NCBI GenBank assembly: GCA_030765235.1
Contig: JAVCCW010000029.1
Location: 219,499 to 283,498 of the forward strand
Direction: 5' to 3'
Origin: Candidatus Gorgyraea atricola
Lineage (GTDB): Bacteria; Omnitrophota; Gorgyraeia; Gorgyraeales; Gorgyraeaceae
Length of the DNA: 64,000 nt
A model generated the notes under the pieces. That model was given only the letters and a program-made list of their open reading frames with translations, did not search any database and was not told the origin of the DNA. The translations under genes were made by a program, and so were the position numbers. Shown here in pieces: positions 18,163 through 28,247 of this stretch (positions within the stretch are counted from its first letter, which is position 1; each line of letters starts with the position of its first letter).

Positions 18163-18926
18163 TGGTGAATATTGCGTTTGGCAATAAGGTAATCAATGAT
18201 ATTGAGTTATTTGTATTCGATAAGGATGGCACACTCATTGATTTATATAATTACTGGTATTACATGATTGAGATGCGGGCAAAAGATTTGTGTTCTTTTT
18301 ACAAGTTGGATGAGGAGCCGCATAAGAATAGTCTGATGTCTGAGATGGGGATTAATTTGGAAAAGAGAAGGCTGAAACCAGAAGGTCCTGTGGGCATTTT
18401 ACCCAGGGCGATTGTGCAAAAGGCTGCAGAGGATTATCTCGTTAAGCTTGACTACCAGGATGTCTCCAGGGTTTGCTTTGATATATTTAAGAAAGTCGAT
18501 GATAAGTCTTTATTCTTATTGGACAAACTTATAGTCCCTATCAAAGGTGCTATGGAACTTTTAAAGAATATAAAAGAGAAAAAGACTATGGTCGCCATAG
18601 CGACAACTGATAAAACAGAGAGAGCTGAACTTGCTGTAAAATTTTTAAATATAGGAAACTTAGTGGATATTGTCGTGGGCGAAGATAAGGTGAAAAATTC
18701 AAAACCAGCACCAGATATGTTGATGTATATACTGAAGAAACTTGATGTATCTCCGCGCAATTCTATCATGGTAGGAGATGCGAACACTGATGTCCTGATG
18801 GGCAAAAACGCAAACCTAAAGGCCTCAATAGGCGTCTGCACTGGGCTGACAAATAAGGATAAATTGCTAGAAATAACCCCTTATGTAGTTGATGATGTAT
18901 CGAAGATAAAAATATATGACAGCTAA
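18162..18926 (+). CDS. HAD-superfamily hydrolase (phosphatase, subfamily IA-like)
   Basis: Motif I VFDKDGTL and motif IV VGDANTDVLMG. Confidence 0.7.
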   Translation: MVNIAFGNKVINDIELFVFDKDGTLIDLYNYWYYMIEMRAKDLCSFYKLDEEPHKNSLMSEMGINLEKRRLKPEGPVGILPRAIVQKAAEDYLVKLDYQDVSRVCFDIFKKVDDKSLFLLDKLIVPIKGAMELLKNIKEKKTMVAIATTDKTERAELAVKFLNIGNLVDIVVGEDKVKNSKPAPDMLMYILKKLDVSPRNSIMVGDANTDVLMGKNANLKASIGVCTGLTNKDKLLEITPYVVDDVSKIKIYDS

Positions 18927-20469
18927 TAAAGAGATAATACTTGTTAATTTACCTCCGGCTAGGAATTATAAGTATGAGAATTCCGGTTCTCTGTATCCTG
19001 CTACCGGGATAATGGTAATAGGTGCGATATTAAAGAAAAGAAAGTTTTCAGTAAAGATCGTTGACGGCGCCTTGATTCAGGAATATGAAAAAAGGGTTTT
19101 GGAGAGCATATCCGAGAGGACTATGTTCGTGGGGTTTTCAGCCATGACTTCCCAGATAGTCATGGGATATGAGCTGGCAAAGAAGATAAAAGAGAAATGG
19201 CCTCGTTTATATATAGTATTTGGCGGTGTGCACTCAACCCTGTATCCTGAACAAACGGTCTCTAATCCGTATATTGATATTGCCGTGATCAACGAAGGGT
19301 CTAGAACTGTTTTAGAGATCATAGAGCATATTGAAGGACATGTCCAATTGGAGGCAATAAAAGGCATATCGTTTTGTGATTCAGAGGGCAATGTTAAGAT
19401 TAATATACCCAGGGATTTGGATGATATATCAGAGATTCCCCATTTTGATTTTGAACTCTTGGATTTGCCGAGATATCTTAATGCCAGAAGCGTATATGAA
19501 AGAGAATTAAACCTTGATGGCAGTAAGAATATACGACTAATGCCTATTCTTACTGGCTTAGGCTGTTGTTTTAGGTGCGCCTTTTGCATAAACGTGATTT
19601 TAAAAAGGCATTACAGAGCGCGTTCTGCCGCATCCATTGTCGAAGAGATCAAAAGATTGCAGTCCAGATATGGCGCAAATGCCTTTTTATTCCTGGACGA
19701 AGATTTTTGTATTAACAAAAAAAGACTGGCAGACTTCATTAAACTGGCAAAGGACGAGAATATCAAGTTTTTGGCAAGGATATGGGCCAGGGTCTCTTAT
19801 TTCAGGCAGGATTCTTTCAAGAATATTTTGCCGGATATGGAAAAGATCGGTATAAAATCTATTGCAATGGGGGCAGAAAGCGGATCACAGAAGATGCTGG
19901 ATTATTTACATAAGGATATAAAATGCGAAGACATAAAGAACGCTGCTGTGGAGCTTTCCAAATTCAATATAACCCCGAGATTTTCCTTTATGACAGGGAT
20001 GGACGGAGAAAATAAAGATGATACCATCTCCACGTACAGGCTTTGCGGAGAACTATTAAAGATCAATCCCATCACTGACATTGCAGGCCCTTTCACTTTC
20101 CGTTATTATCCAGGTTCTCCCATATTTAACCAGGGTATGAAGAGGTTTAATATAAGCTTAAGTAAATCTATAGAAGACTGGAAGGATTCCTTGAATGATG
20201 ACGGATCTTTGATTGTTGACACCACCCGGCTTATCTGGCCCGGGTTTTCCAAATACAGCGAATCAATGAATAGTTATATCAATATTTATTTGCATAAGTT
20301 GAATAGGCTGTCATTGCGTAATAGATTTTTGGTCAAGATTATCAGAAAACTAGTCTTGTGGCGATTGATGCACGGAGAACACTGTTATGCTATAGATTAT
20401 TACACCCTTCGTTTATTGGCAAAACTTGAAACTTTTTTACTAAAACTGTATCGTAGTATTTATAAATGA
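18916..20469 (+). CDS. B12-binding radical SAM enzyme (class B radical SAM, candidate C-methyltransferase or rearrangement enzyme)
   Basis: N-terminal B12-binding-like domain (IVFGGVHSTLYPEQ), then radical SAM cluster motif CCFRCAFC (CxxxCxxC). Confidence 0.8.
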   Translation: MTANKEIILVNLPPARNYKYENSGSLYPATGIMVIGAILKKRKFSVKIVDGALIQEYEKRVLESISERTMFVGFSAMTSQIVMGYELAKKIKEKWPRLYIVFGGVHSTLYPEQTVSNPYIDIAVINEGSRTVLEIIEHIEGHVQLEAIKGISFCDSEGNVKINIPRDLDDISEIPHFDFELLDLPRYLNARSVYERELNLDGSKNIRLMPILTGLGCCFRCAFCINVILKRHYRARSAASIVEEIKRLQSRYGANAFLFLDEDFCINKKRLADFIKLAKDENIKFLARIWARVSYFRQDSFKNILPDMEKIGIKSIAMGAESGSQKMLDYLHKDIKCEDIKNAAVELSKFNITPRFSFMTGMDGENKDDTISTYRLCGELLKINPITDIAGPFTFRYYPGSPIFNQGMKRFNISLSKSIEDWKDSLNDDGSLIVDTTRLIWPGFSKYSESMNSYINIYLHKLNRLSLRNRFLVKIIRKLVLWRLMHGEHCYAIDYYTLRLLAKLETFLLKLYRSIYK

Positions 20470-21203
20470 GAACAATAGGAATTATACCTTCGCGATTGCA
20501 GTCATCACGTCTTCCTGACAAAGCCCTTATTGACATAGAAGGCTTGCCTATGATAGTCCATGTGTTTAAGAGGGCGCAGTTGGCTTCTTCCTTAAACGAG
20601 GTATTTGTGGCTACTGATAACAAGGAGATTCATGATATTGTGCTTAAATACGGTGGCAAGGCAATAATGACTTCATCCAAGCACGAGACCGGAACGGATC
20701 GTATAGCTGAGGCAGTTAGTGATATGGACGTAGATATAGTGGTCAATATCCAGGGAGATGAAGCGCTTTTAAATCCCGAGCATGTGGATAGCGCCGTAAG
20801 GCCTCTTAGAGAAGATAAGGATGTGCAGATTTCTGTACTTGTCGCGCCTTATTCAATAAAGAATTCAAAATCAGACATAAAGGCTATCCTTGATCTGAAT
20901 TGCAATATTTTATACTGCTCAAGAGCGGACTTACCGAGTGACGCGCGCACAGAAATAAAAACAATGTGGAAGATGTGTTTTATAGTGCCTTTTCGCAAGA
21001 ATTTTCTGCTAAAGATTGCTTCCTGGGACCAGACACCTTTGGAAAAGATTGAGTTTAATGAATACCTTAGGATATTAGAACATGGGTATAACATAAAGGC
21101 AGTGCCTGTTGAAAATGCGCATATAAGCGTTGATACTCCGCAGGACCTTATAAAGGTCAGGAAATTAATGAAATCTGACAAGATAAAAGAAAAGTACTTC
21201 TAA
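20466..21203 (+). CDS. 3-deoxy-manno-octulosonate cytidylyltransferase family (KdsB/KpsU-like CMP-ulosonic acid synthetase)
   Basis: MRTIGIIPSRLQSSRLPDKALIDIEGLPMIVHV...VVNIQGDEALL closely parallels KdsB (IPARYASTRLPGKPL...VNVQGDEP). ATGA overlap with the upstream gene. Confidence 0.8.
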   Translation: MRTIGIIPSRLQSSRLPDKALIDIEGLPMIVHVFKRAQLASSLNEVFVATDNKEIHDIVLKYGGKAIMTSSKHETGTDRIAEAVSDMDVDIVVNIQGDEALLNPEHVDSAVRPLREDKDVQISVLVAPYSIKNSKSDIKAILDLNCNILYCSRADLPSDARTEIKTMWKMCFIVPFRKNFLLKIASWDQTPLEKIEFNEYLRILEHGYNIKAVPVENAHISVDTPQDLIKVRKLMKSDKIKEKYF

Positions 21204-21206
21204 TTA

Positions 21207-22970
21207 ATGAAAAGACTTTTATTGTTAAAAAATCCGGATGATGTATCAAGCAAACTTAATATAAATATGTTTGATTATGTTTTGATAGATCTGGATAATT
21301 TTAATTTAAAAAATATTTTAGACAAAGATGATATTGAAAAAGAATATAAGAATTTTATAGCGTCTATGAGCAGTAATATCTCATCAGATTATTGGTGGGC
21401 AAGTAATTTATCCGAGAAAAATTCTTTTACTTCTAAATTATTTGTCAGGTTATATAAATTAGCGTGCCTCGATGCAAAAATAAAAAAATATAGAAATAAA
21501 GATATTGCGGTCGTGTGTTCAGATTTAGCATTGTCTAAGCAGATAATTTTTAACTACAAGAAGAATTTTGTAGTATCAAATCTCTGCTTTAGTCCTCTGG
21601 AAGCTAATATTAAAGCCTTGTTGTGTAAATTAATTGGAATTTTAGCTCAAATTAAAAAGGCTTGTTACGAATATAAGAATTTATTATTTACAAGGTGTAT
21701 TTTATTTACAAGAAGAACAGCTATTCTCAAGAAAGATGATTATGTAGTCCTCAGAACATGGTGCGATAACCGGAGTTACAAGTCGGGTTCGTACTTCGAC
21801 CCTTATTTTAAAAATCTCCTATCTTTTTTTTCGGGCCAAAAAAGAAACATATTGATATTTGCCGGTATATTGTCTGATTATAGGGATATGATAAAAAAAT
21901 TCAAAGAAGACACAGAGAATATCATTATCCCGTTTAATTTTTACCTCAAAGGCCTTGATATATTTAAATGTGTTTTTAACGTGTATTTTAAGAGACCTTC
22001 AATAAAGGGTAATATTTTTTTCTGTGATTGCAATGTAAAATTTCTTGTTTTCGAGGAGTTGTTACAGGATATGAACGGGACACGTTTTTTCGATGCTCTT
22101 TTACAGTATTATTCGTGCACTAGCTTGACGCGATCTATAAGAATAGAAAGATTTATATATACATTTGAAAATTATGCATGGGAAAAAATGAGCATTTTAG
22201 GATTACGCTATGGTGATCCAAATATCAAAGTATTAGGATTTCAGCATGCTTTTGTTTCAAAAAACAGTTTTAAATATTTTCCGGGTTTCATTGAAAGAGA
22301 TAGAATGCCCCTTCCTAACAAGATTATTACAATGGGAAGGCGGACTTTAGACATAATGAACCGATTAGGTTGTTATCCCGATAATATTTTTTCGGTAGGA
22401 TGTGCGTTACGTCAAAATTACTTGTCTCCATCAAAGCTTTTGCCTCGCAGGACAACCAGAGATATTTTTGTAGCTTTGACTATTACGGTAGAAGATGCCG
22501 TTAAAGTATTGCGCTTTCTTTTTGATTCCGGGTTAGGAAAATATCCGGAAAAATTATACATTAGATTTCATCCTGCGACATGCGTAAATGAAGTTATGAA
22601 AGATTTGGGATTTAAGATGCCGTCCAATTTTATTATTTCAAACAATCTTTCCGTAACTGAGGAAATAGAACGGTGTGGAGTTATTCTATATACTTGGACT
22701 ACTGTATGTCTTGAGGCTTTAAAGATGGGGTGTCCTGCAATATATTTGGACGTTAATTATCCTTTGGAGGTAGATCCTCTTTTTGAATGCAACAGCAAGA
22801 TCAAGGATTCTTGCAGCAATCCGGCTGAACTTAGAACAAGGATAAATAAAATCTTGAATATAGACGATAATTTGTTTTACGAGGAGCTTAGAAAAACACA
22901 GGATTATCTGAAAGATTATTTTGTACCTGTAAGCGAGGATAATATGAAGATTTTTTCCGAGGTTTTATAA
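21207..22970 (+). CDS. Large hypothetical transferase-like protein (GT-B-like, HP motif; candidate ulosonic-acid/polymer transferase)
   Basis: 587 aa. The C-terminal region IRFHPATCVNEV...GVILYTWTTVCLEALKMGCPAIYLD can be aligned with the N-terminal domain of ORF 7647 and with ORF 4321. It lies directly downstream of the KdsB-like gene, like kpsU followed by kpsC/kpsS. Confidence 0.4.
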   Translation: MKRLLLLKNPDDVSSKLNINMFDYVLIDLDNFNLKNILDKDDIEKEYKNFIASMSSNISSDYWWASNLSEKNSFTSKLFVRLYKLACLDAKIKKYRNKDIAVVCSDLALSKQIIFNYKKNFVVSNLCFSPLEANIKALLCKLIGILAQIKKACYEYKNLLFTRCILFTRRTAILKKDDYVVLRTWCDNRSYKSGSYFDPYFKNLLSFFSGQKRNILIFAGILSDYRDMIKKFKEDTENIIIPFNFYLKGLDIFKCVFNVYFKRPSIKGNIFFCDCNVKFLVFEELLQDMNGTRFFDALLQYYSCTSLTRSIRIERFIYTFENYAWEKMSILGLRYGDPNIKVLGFQHAFVSKNSFKYFPGFIERDRMPLPNKIITMGRRTLDIMNRLGCYPDNIFSVGCALRQNYLSPSKLLPRRTTRDIFVALTITVEDAVKVLRFLFDSGLGKYPEKLYIRFHPATCVNEVMKDLGFKMPSNFIISNNLSVTEEIERCGVILYTWTTVCLEALKMGCPAIYLDVNYPLEVDPLFECNSKIKDSCSNPAELRTRINKILNIDDNLFYEELRKTQDYLKDYFVPVSEDNMKIFSEVL

Positions 22971-22972
22971 AA

Positions 22973-24043
22973 ATGACACCAAAAATAACGATATTAATGG
23001 CTGTTTATAACGGTGAGGTTTATTTAAGGCAGTGCATAGACAGTGTCTTAAGCCAGACCTGTAAGGATTTTGAATTTCTTATAGTGGATGACGGTTCTAC
23101 GGATAGCACTCGGGATATAATAAGGTCTTACAGTGACGACAGGATACGTTTGATAGAGAATGAAAGAAATCTAAGCCAGGTAACATCTCTTAATATAGGA
23201 TTGGATCACGCGTCAGGCGAATATATTGCCCGTATAGACGCTGACGATATAATGCTCCCTGATAGGATAGAGAAGCAATATGATTTTTTGAGCAAAAGGC
23301 CTGAAGTTGTGCTTTCGGGGAGCTGGGCAGAGGCAATGGACAGCGAAGGGAAGCATATTGGCATTACAAAATTGCCTGTAAGGAATGAAGAAATAATAGC
23401 TACTATTCTGTTTGGAGAATTTATTCTTGTGCATAGCTCTATAATGTTCAGAAAAAAACCTGTTATGGATATAGGCAAATATAATGAAGCTTTTTCTTTT
23501 ACAGAGGATTATAAGCTGGCTATAGATTTACTGCTGAAGAGACATAAAATCGTTAGCATACCAGATGTGCTTATAAAATACAGGTTGCATGATGATCGTA
23601 TTAGTGTAAGGGACGCAAAGCCGCAAATACAAAGATATATTATTGCCTTGAAACAATTCATAAGACATCTTGTCCCTGATTTTTCAGAGTTGGATAGCGA
23701 GCTATTGTTCAATTTTTTGTTTAACGCAGGCTCAATGAATAAAAGCTATTGGGAGAATGGAGTAACAAAATGTGATATAAGCAGGATTATTATGCTATCG
23801 GATTTATTACTAAAAAACACCTCGAATTATTTTAGTCTAAATAAGAATAAAAATTACTTCATGAAAAGACTTTTTTTTAATAAGGTTTTGAATTTTGCAT
23901 ATCAGAACCGTGATATAAAAAGTAAATTAGCTAAACTTTTATACGCAGAATGCCTTAAAAATTGTTTTTTTATTTTAAATAAACCAAAGTTATATCTATA
24001 CCCTTTCGCGACTTTTTTTTCTCACATTAAAACAAAATTATGA
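22973..24043 (+). CDS. Family 2 glycosyltransferase
   Basis: ITILMAVYNGEVYLRQCIDSVLSQT...FLIVDDGSTD...IARIDADD (GT-A fold DxD). Confidence 0.8.
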   Translation: MTPKITILMAVYNGEVYLRQCIDSVLSQTCKDFEFLIVDDGSTDSTRDIIRSYSDDRIRLIENERNLSQVTSLNIGLDHASGEYIARIDADDIMLPDRIEKQYDFLSKRPEVVLSGSWAEAMDSEGKHIGITKLPVRNEEIIATILFGEFILVHSSIMFRKKPVMDIGKYNEAFSFTEDYKLAIDLLLKRHKIVSIPDVLIKYRLHDDRISVRDAKPQIQRYIIALKQFIRHLVPDFSELDSELLFNFLFNAGSMNKSYWENGVTKCDISRIIMLSDLLLKNTSNYFSLNKNKNYFMKRLFFNKVLNFAYQNRDIKSKLAKLLYAECLKNCFFILNKPKLYLYPFATFFSHIKTKL

Positions 24044-25149
24044 GAGCAATGTTTATTCTCGCAACCTATGAAATAGGAGGAGTATCTACAGTAGCAAGAA
24101 ACATACTAGGAATACTGGAAAAGAACGGAATTGAAACAGTATTCCTCGTAGAGAAATTATCAGATAAAAGATGCCTTCTCAGTGACCGTGTAAAGGTGAT
24201 AGATCTGGACATTATCCCGCAGAAAGGGTTTTTTGCTAAAATTTTTAATATTATGCGGCATCTTCGCCTAATGCGCAAGTATATAACTACTGAAAAACCA
24301 GATGTAATTTTAAGTTTCACATCCCTGGTGAATTGTTATGCGGTGCTATCCCTGTTATTTATTCACGGCAGGAAACCCAAACTCATAATAACTGAACATA
24401 GTGAGCAATTGTTTATGTTGAAATGGGCATACAGGATGATGGTATTTTTGTTATATCCAAGAGCTGATTATATTGTAACTGTTTGCAAGAGTATATCAGA
24501 ACAGATAAAGAGATTATTTCCTGTGAATCACGAGAAAGTCAAAGTTATATATAATCCTGTAGATATTGCCAAAATAAAACAACTGAGCGCAAAAGGCAGT
24601 ATATCCGGCGGCCTCAGTAAAACCTTACCTTGCGTAGGGACAGTTTCAAGATTGTCTCCTGAGAAAGGGGTTCATTTTCTTATGCAGGGCTTTAAGACAC
24701 TTTTAGAAAGGGTAGACGCAAGGTTGATTATAGTTGGCGACGGTGTAGAGAGATCGAACTTGGAGAGAATGGCTGAGGATTTAGATGTGAGAAAAAAGGT
24801 GATTTTCACTGGTTGGGTAGATAATCCATTTAAGTATTTGTTAAGAATGGATATATTTGTTCTTCCTTCTCTTTGGGAGGGGTTTCCAAATGCAGCATTG
24901 GAGGCAATGGCTTGTGGTGTTCCTGTTGTTGCCTCAGATTCGACAGGTGGCATAAGAGAAGCAATCGAAGATAATATCAATGGTTTATTAATAAAGCCCG
25001 GGGTACCTTCAGCCATCTCAGGGGCTGTTTATGATTTATTATCGAACAAAGAAAAAAGAGAAAATCTTGTCCAAGAAGCATATGGAAGTATAAAACAATT
25101 TGACGTTGATAGAATAGAGAAACAATACATGGATTTAATATTTAATTGA
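24040..25149 (+). CDS. Family 4 (GT-B) glycosyltransferase
   Basis: C-terminal PSLWEGFPNAALEAMACGVPVVASD (EX7E-type GT4 motif). Confidence 0.8.
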   Translation: MRAMFILATYEIGGVSTVARNILGILEKNGIETVFLVEKLSDKRCLLSDRVKVIDLDIIPQKGFFAKIFNIMRHLRLMRKYITTEKPDVILSFTSLVNCYAVLSLLFIHGRKPKLIITEHSEQLFMLKWAYRMMVFLLYPRADYIVTVCKSISEQIKRLFPVNHEKVKVIYNPVDIAKIKQLSAKGSISGGLSKTLPCVGTVSRLSPEKGVHFLMQGFKTLLERVDARLIIVGDGVERSNLERMAEDLDVRKKVIFTGWVDNPFKYLLRMDIFVLPSLWEGFPNAALEAMACGVPVVASDSTGGIREAIEDNINGLLIKPGVPSAISGAVYDLLSNKEKRENLVQEAYGSIKQFDVDRIEKQYMDLIFN

Positions 25150-25156
25150 TAGCCCT

Positions 25157-26284
25157 ATGAAAAATATTCTATTTCTACATCATGGTCTTGGACTTGGTGG
25201 CGCTGAAAGAATGAGATTTATTCTGCTGCGTAATATCGATAAGAAGAGATATAATATAAAAGTTTGCTGCATAGGAGAAAAAGGAGCATTGGGCAGGGAA
25301 ATAGAAAAACTCGGCTATCAAGTGGATGAATTAAAACAAGATCCGAATTCTATCAGCTTGCTCATAACATATAAGTTAGTTAAGTATATCAGAAGAGAGA
25401 GGCCTGATATACTGCACACCTCTTTGTTCAACTCTAATTTTCATGGCAGGATCGCCGGATTATTTTGCCGTATACCGCACATAATAACCGAAGAACACGG
25501 GGAGCACAGGCAATACAAAGGACTGAAATTTCTTCCTTATGTGCTTGCGGATTTTTTCCTTTCAAGGCTGAATGATTTTATCGTTTGTTGTTCGGAAAAA
25601 CTGAAAGAGGATATTATAAAAAAGGAAAAACTGCCTCGCAGTAAGACCGTAAGCCTAGAAAACTGCCTGGATGTGGATATATACAGGATAAAGACGCATA
25701 AAAAAGAAATCATGGAAAGGTATAATATATCAGATGAGTTATTGTTTATTATGGTGGCGAATTTAAAGGCGGATAAAGGCCATGACTATTTAATAGAGAT
25801 CTTTAGGGAGATTAAAGATGCAGGGTATCGTTTTAAATGTTTTTTTGCAGGCGATGGCCCCTTAAGGGAAGCGTTGTGTAAAAGATGTGTTGATCTTGGC
25901 TTATCAGATGAGATTATATTTCTCGGCAATGTCGACAACATAACAGATTATCTAAACGCATCGGATGTTTTCGTATTGCCTTCCCTTTCAGAAGGTCTTT
26001 CGATTGCGTTGATGGAGGCAATGTTAATGGGTCTTGCTTCTATTGTAACAGATGTCGGTTCAAACCCTGACTTGATAAAGACAAGTTTTAATGGAGTAGT
26101 AGTTTTGCCCGGAGACAATGAAGGATTGAAAAGCGCTATAATTTTTTATTTAAAAAATAAGGACTTGATCGAGGAATTCGGAAAGAGGTCCAAGGCTATT
26201 ATAGAATCAAAATATTCCTCTGTGGATAAGTATGCCGATAAATATTATGAGCTCTGGGATAAATGTGTTAATAATAAGGGATAA
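25157..26284 (+). CDS. Family 4 glycosyltransferase
   Basis: LGLGGAERM N-terminus and VLPSLSEGLSIALMEAMLMGL C-terminal motif. Confidence 0.8.
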   Translation: MKNILFLHHGLGLGGAERMRFILLRNIDKKRYNIKVCCIGEKGALGREIEKLGYQVDELKQDPNSISLLITYKLVKYIRRERPDILHTSLFNSNFHGRIAGLFCRIPHIITEEHGEHRQYKGLKFLPYVLADFFLSRLNDFIVCCSEKLKEDIIKKEKLPRSKTVSLENCLDVDIYRIKTHKKEIMERYNISDELLFIMVANLKADKGHDYLIEIFREIKDAGYRFKCFFAGDGPLREALCKRCVDLGLSDEIIFLGNVDNITDYLNASDVFVLPSLSEGLSIALMEAMLMGLASIVTDVGSNPDLIKTSFNGVVVLPGDNEGLKSAIIFYLKNKDLIEEFGKRSKAIIESKYSSVDKYADKYYELWDKCVNNKG

Positions 26285-26290
26285 AACCTT

Positions 26291-27295
26291 ATGAGAGACA
26301 TGCTTTTTTCTATTATACACGATTTAGGCGCGTCAAGGATCCTAAGAAGATTCAGGGTGAGGAATAGAGAGATTAGCGTATTGATGTTTCATAGAATCAG
26401 CGACGAATATGACCCATTATGGCCTTCAGTACCAATAAAAACTTTTAGGTTTTTAATGAAAGAATTATCCTCAAAGGCTCATGTGGTGCCATTAGAAAAT
26501 TTCAGAGAAATTGATTACTATCCTGATAGGCCTTTAGTTGCGTTGAGTTTCGATGACGGCTATAGAGATTTTTGGGAAAACGCCCTTCCGGCATTAACTG
26601 ATTTTAGATTGCCGGCACATCATAATATTTGCCCCGATCTTATCGATAGAGGGACCCCTCCATGGACTCAGATATTAAATAGTTTTCTGCAATCCAGCGG
26701 GGGCAAATCGATCGAATTACCCAATGGCAAGACGTACAAAACAAGAAATAAGTTTAAAGAGTTAGATTTTATAAATATATGCAACGAATTGAACACTATA
26801 GACGATGAGTCAAGGAATGACTGGATAAACTCATTACTAAATAAAATCCCAGAATCTAAAATTACGAAGTTAATGGATTGGTCTCAGATCAGGGAATGCG
26901 CCAGACTGGGTATTCACATTGGTTCTCATGGGATGGGGCACCTCAATATGTCTAGAATCAAAAACAAAGATATTTTATTAGCAGCAACAAGAGACAGCAA
27001 AAGAAAGATTTATAAAGAGGTAGGCATTGACCCTGTAATTTTTGCGTTTCCCGGAGGCTTATATGATTCGTTAAGCATGGAAGCCGTTAAAAAAAGTGGC
27101 TATAAGATTGCTTTATTATGCGATGACAAGGTTGCGATATTAGCGGATAGTAAAAATAAAGAAGATTTTTATGTATTTCCACGGATAAATATTTGCAGGG
27201 TCAACTGGAAAGAGGAGAATCTGCGTCTGTTGGGTTTCCATCAGAAGATAAAAAGCTGGGTCAAAAAGACCCATTATGTATTACAACAGTCTTAA
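26291..27295 (+). CDS. Polysaccharide deacetylase (CE4/NodB-homology)
   Basis: LVALSFDDGYRDFWENALP...HIGSHGMGH matches the NodB homology motifs. Confidence 0.65.
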   Translation: MRDMLFSIIHDLGASRILRRFRVRNREISVLMFHRISDEYDPLWPSVPIKTFRFLMKELSSKAHVVPLENFREIDYYPDRPLVALSFDDGYRDFWENALPALTDFRLPAHHNICPDLIDRGTPPWTQILNSFLQSSGGKSIELPNGKTYKTRNKFKELDFINICNELNTIDDESRNDWINSLLNKIPESKITKLMDWSQIRECARLGIHIGSHGMGHLNMSRIKNKDILLAATRDSKRKIYKEVGIDPVIFAFPGGLYDSLSMEAVKKSGYKIALLCDDKVAILADSKNKEDFYVFPRINICRVNWKEENLRLLGFHQKIKSWVKKTHYVLQQS

Positions 27296-27304
27296 AAAGA
27301 GCGA

Positions 27305-28072
27305 TTATTTTTCACCAGAAATTAAAAAACCTGTCGCGAAAAAGCTACATTTTGATAATTTGCCATACTCAAACCTTTTTGCCCAAAAATTGGTAAATAT
27401 TCTTAATATTCTCGTAACAGGATAAGCAAAGACATTTACATTATAATTGACAGATACCAGGCTCTTAAAACCGGCATTAACATATAACCTCTTGGCACTT
27501 TTGAGATCCCATAGTCTTCTTGGTGGTTGATGCAGAGATTTTCCAAAAATTCTTCTTGCTAAATACCTGAATAACATAAGGGATTGTACGGATATATAGT
27601 CTAATGATTGAAAATTCGGAAAGGAAAAGATTAGGCGGCCGCCGATAGGTAGTTTATTGTATAGCCTTTGAATTAATTCTTCTGGGTTATCAAAATATTC
27701 AATAAATCCTAATCCTATCATGATGTCCAGATTATCGGGTAATCGCATCTTTCTTATATCACCAAAAATAAGGCTTACCTCATCTTTATTAATATAATTT
27801 GGATAAATTCTTTTAATCTCATCCAACATTTTTCTTGAGGCATCCAGGCCTATGTATTGACCTCCGGCATCTATCACAAGAGGCATAAGGATCCCGGTTC
27901 CACAGCCTAGGTCAAGAACCTTTTTATTCTGAAAGGAGCATGCTAGAGTTATCGTTTTTTGGAGCCTGACAATAAACGAATAAGCGAGTGGATTTTTGGA
28001 GTTATACAGAGAGTTCCATCGCCCAGCTTTAGCCGAATCTTCAAAATAGGTCAATATTGCATTGTAGTCCAT
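27305..28072 (-). CDS. Class I SAM-dependent methyltransferase
   Basis: Motif I VLDLGCGTGIL. It is the only minus-strand gene, convergent with the upstream operon (9-nt tail-to-tail gap). Confidence 0.75.
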   Translation of the reverse strand: MDYNAILTYFEDSAKAGRWNSLYNSKNPLAYSFIVRLQKTITLACSFQNKKVLDLGCGTGILMPLVIDAGGQYIGLDASRKMLDEIKRIYPNYINKDEVSLIFGDIRKMRLPDNLDIMIGLGFIEYFDNPEELIQRLYNKLPIGGRLIFSFPNFQSLDYISVQSLMLFRYLARRIFGKSLHQPPRRLWDLKSAKRLYVNAGFKSLVSVNYNVNVFAYPVTRILRIFTNFWAKRFEYGKLSKCSFFATGFLISGEK

Positions 28073-28247
28073 AAATTATAAGTTCATTTATTGACTTTAT
28101 TTGTAACTTTTGATACCATAAAGTATTAGAGTAACACCTAATAGATATCTAACATTATACCAAATTAAGAACGGTTTACAATACAATTACTCCAATATTA
28201 TTTTGTTATATACGTGCTATATAGAAGCCGTAGTTGAGTAGGAAATC
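28073..28247. promoter_or_regulatory. AT-rich divergent intergenic region, putative promoters for the minus-strand methyltransferase and the downstream + strand membrane-protein operon
   Basis: 175-bp gap between divergent starts. It contains TTGACT at 28091-28096 and several TATA-like hexamers. No clean -35/-10 spacing could be verified. Confidence 0.3.

Noticed and set aside
21905-21925. GACACAGAGAA string inside ORF 21207, resembling the intergenic hairpin arm
   Set aside because: It is a single arm without a nearby complementary partner and lies within coding sequence. It is probably coincidental.
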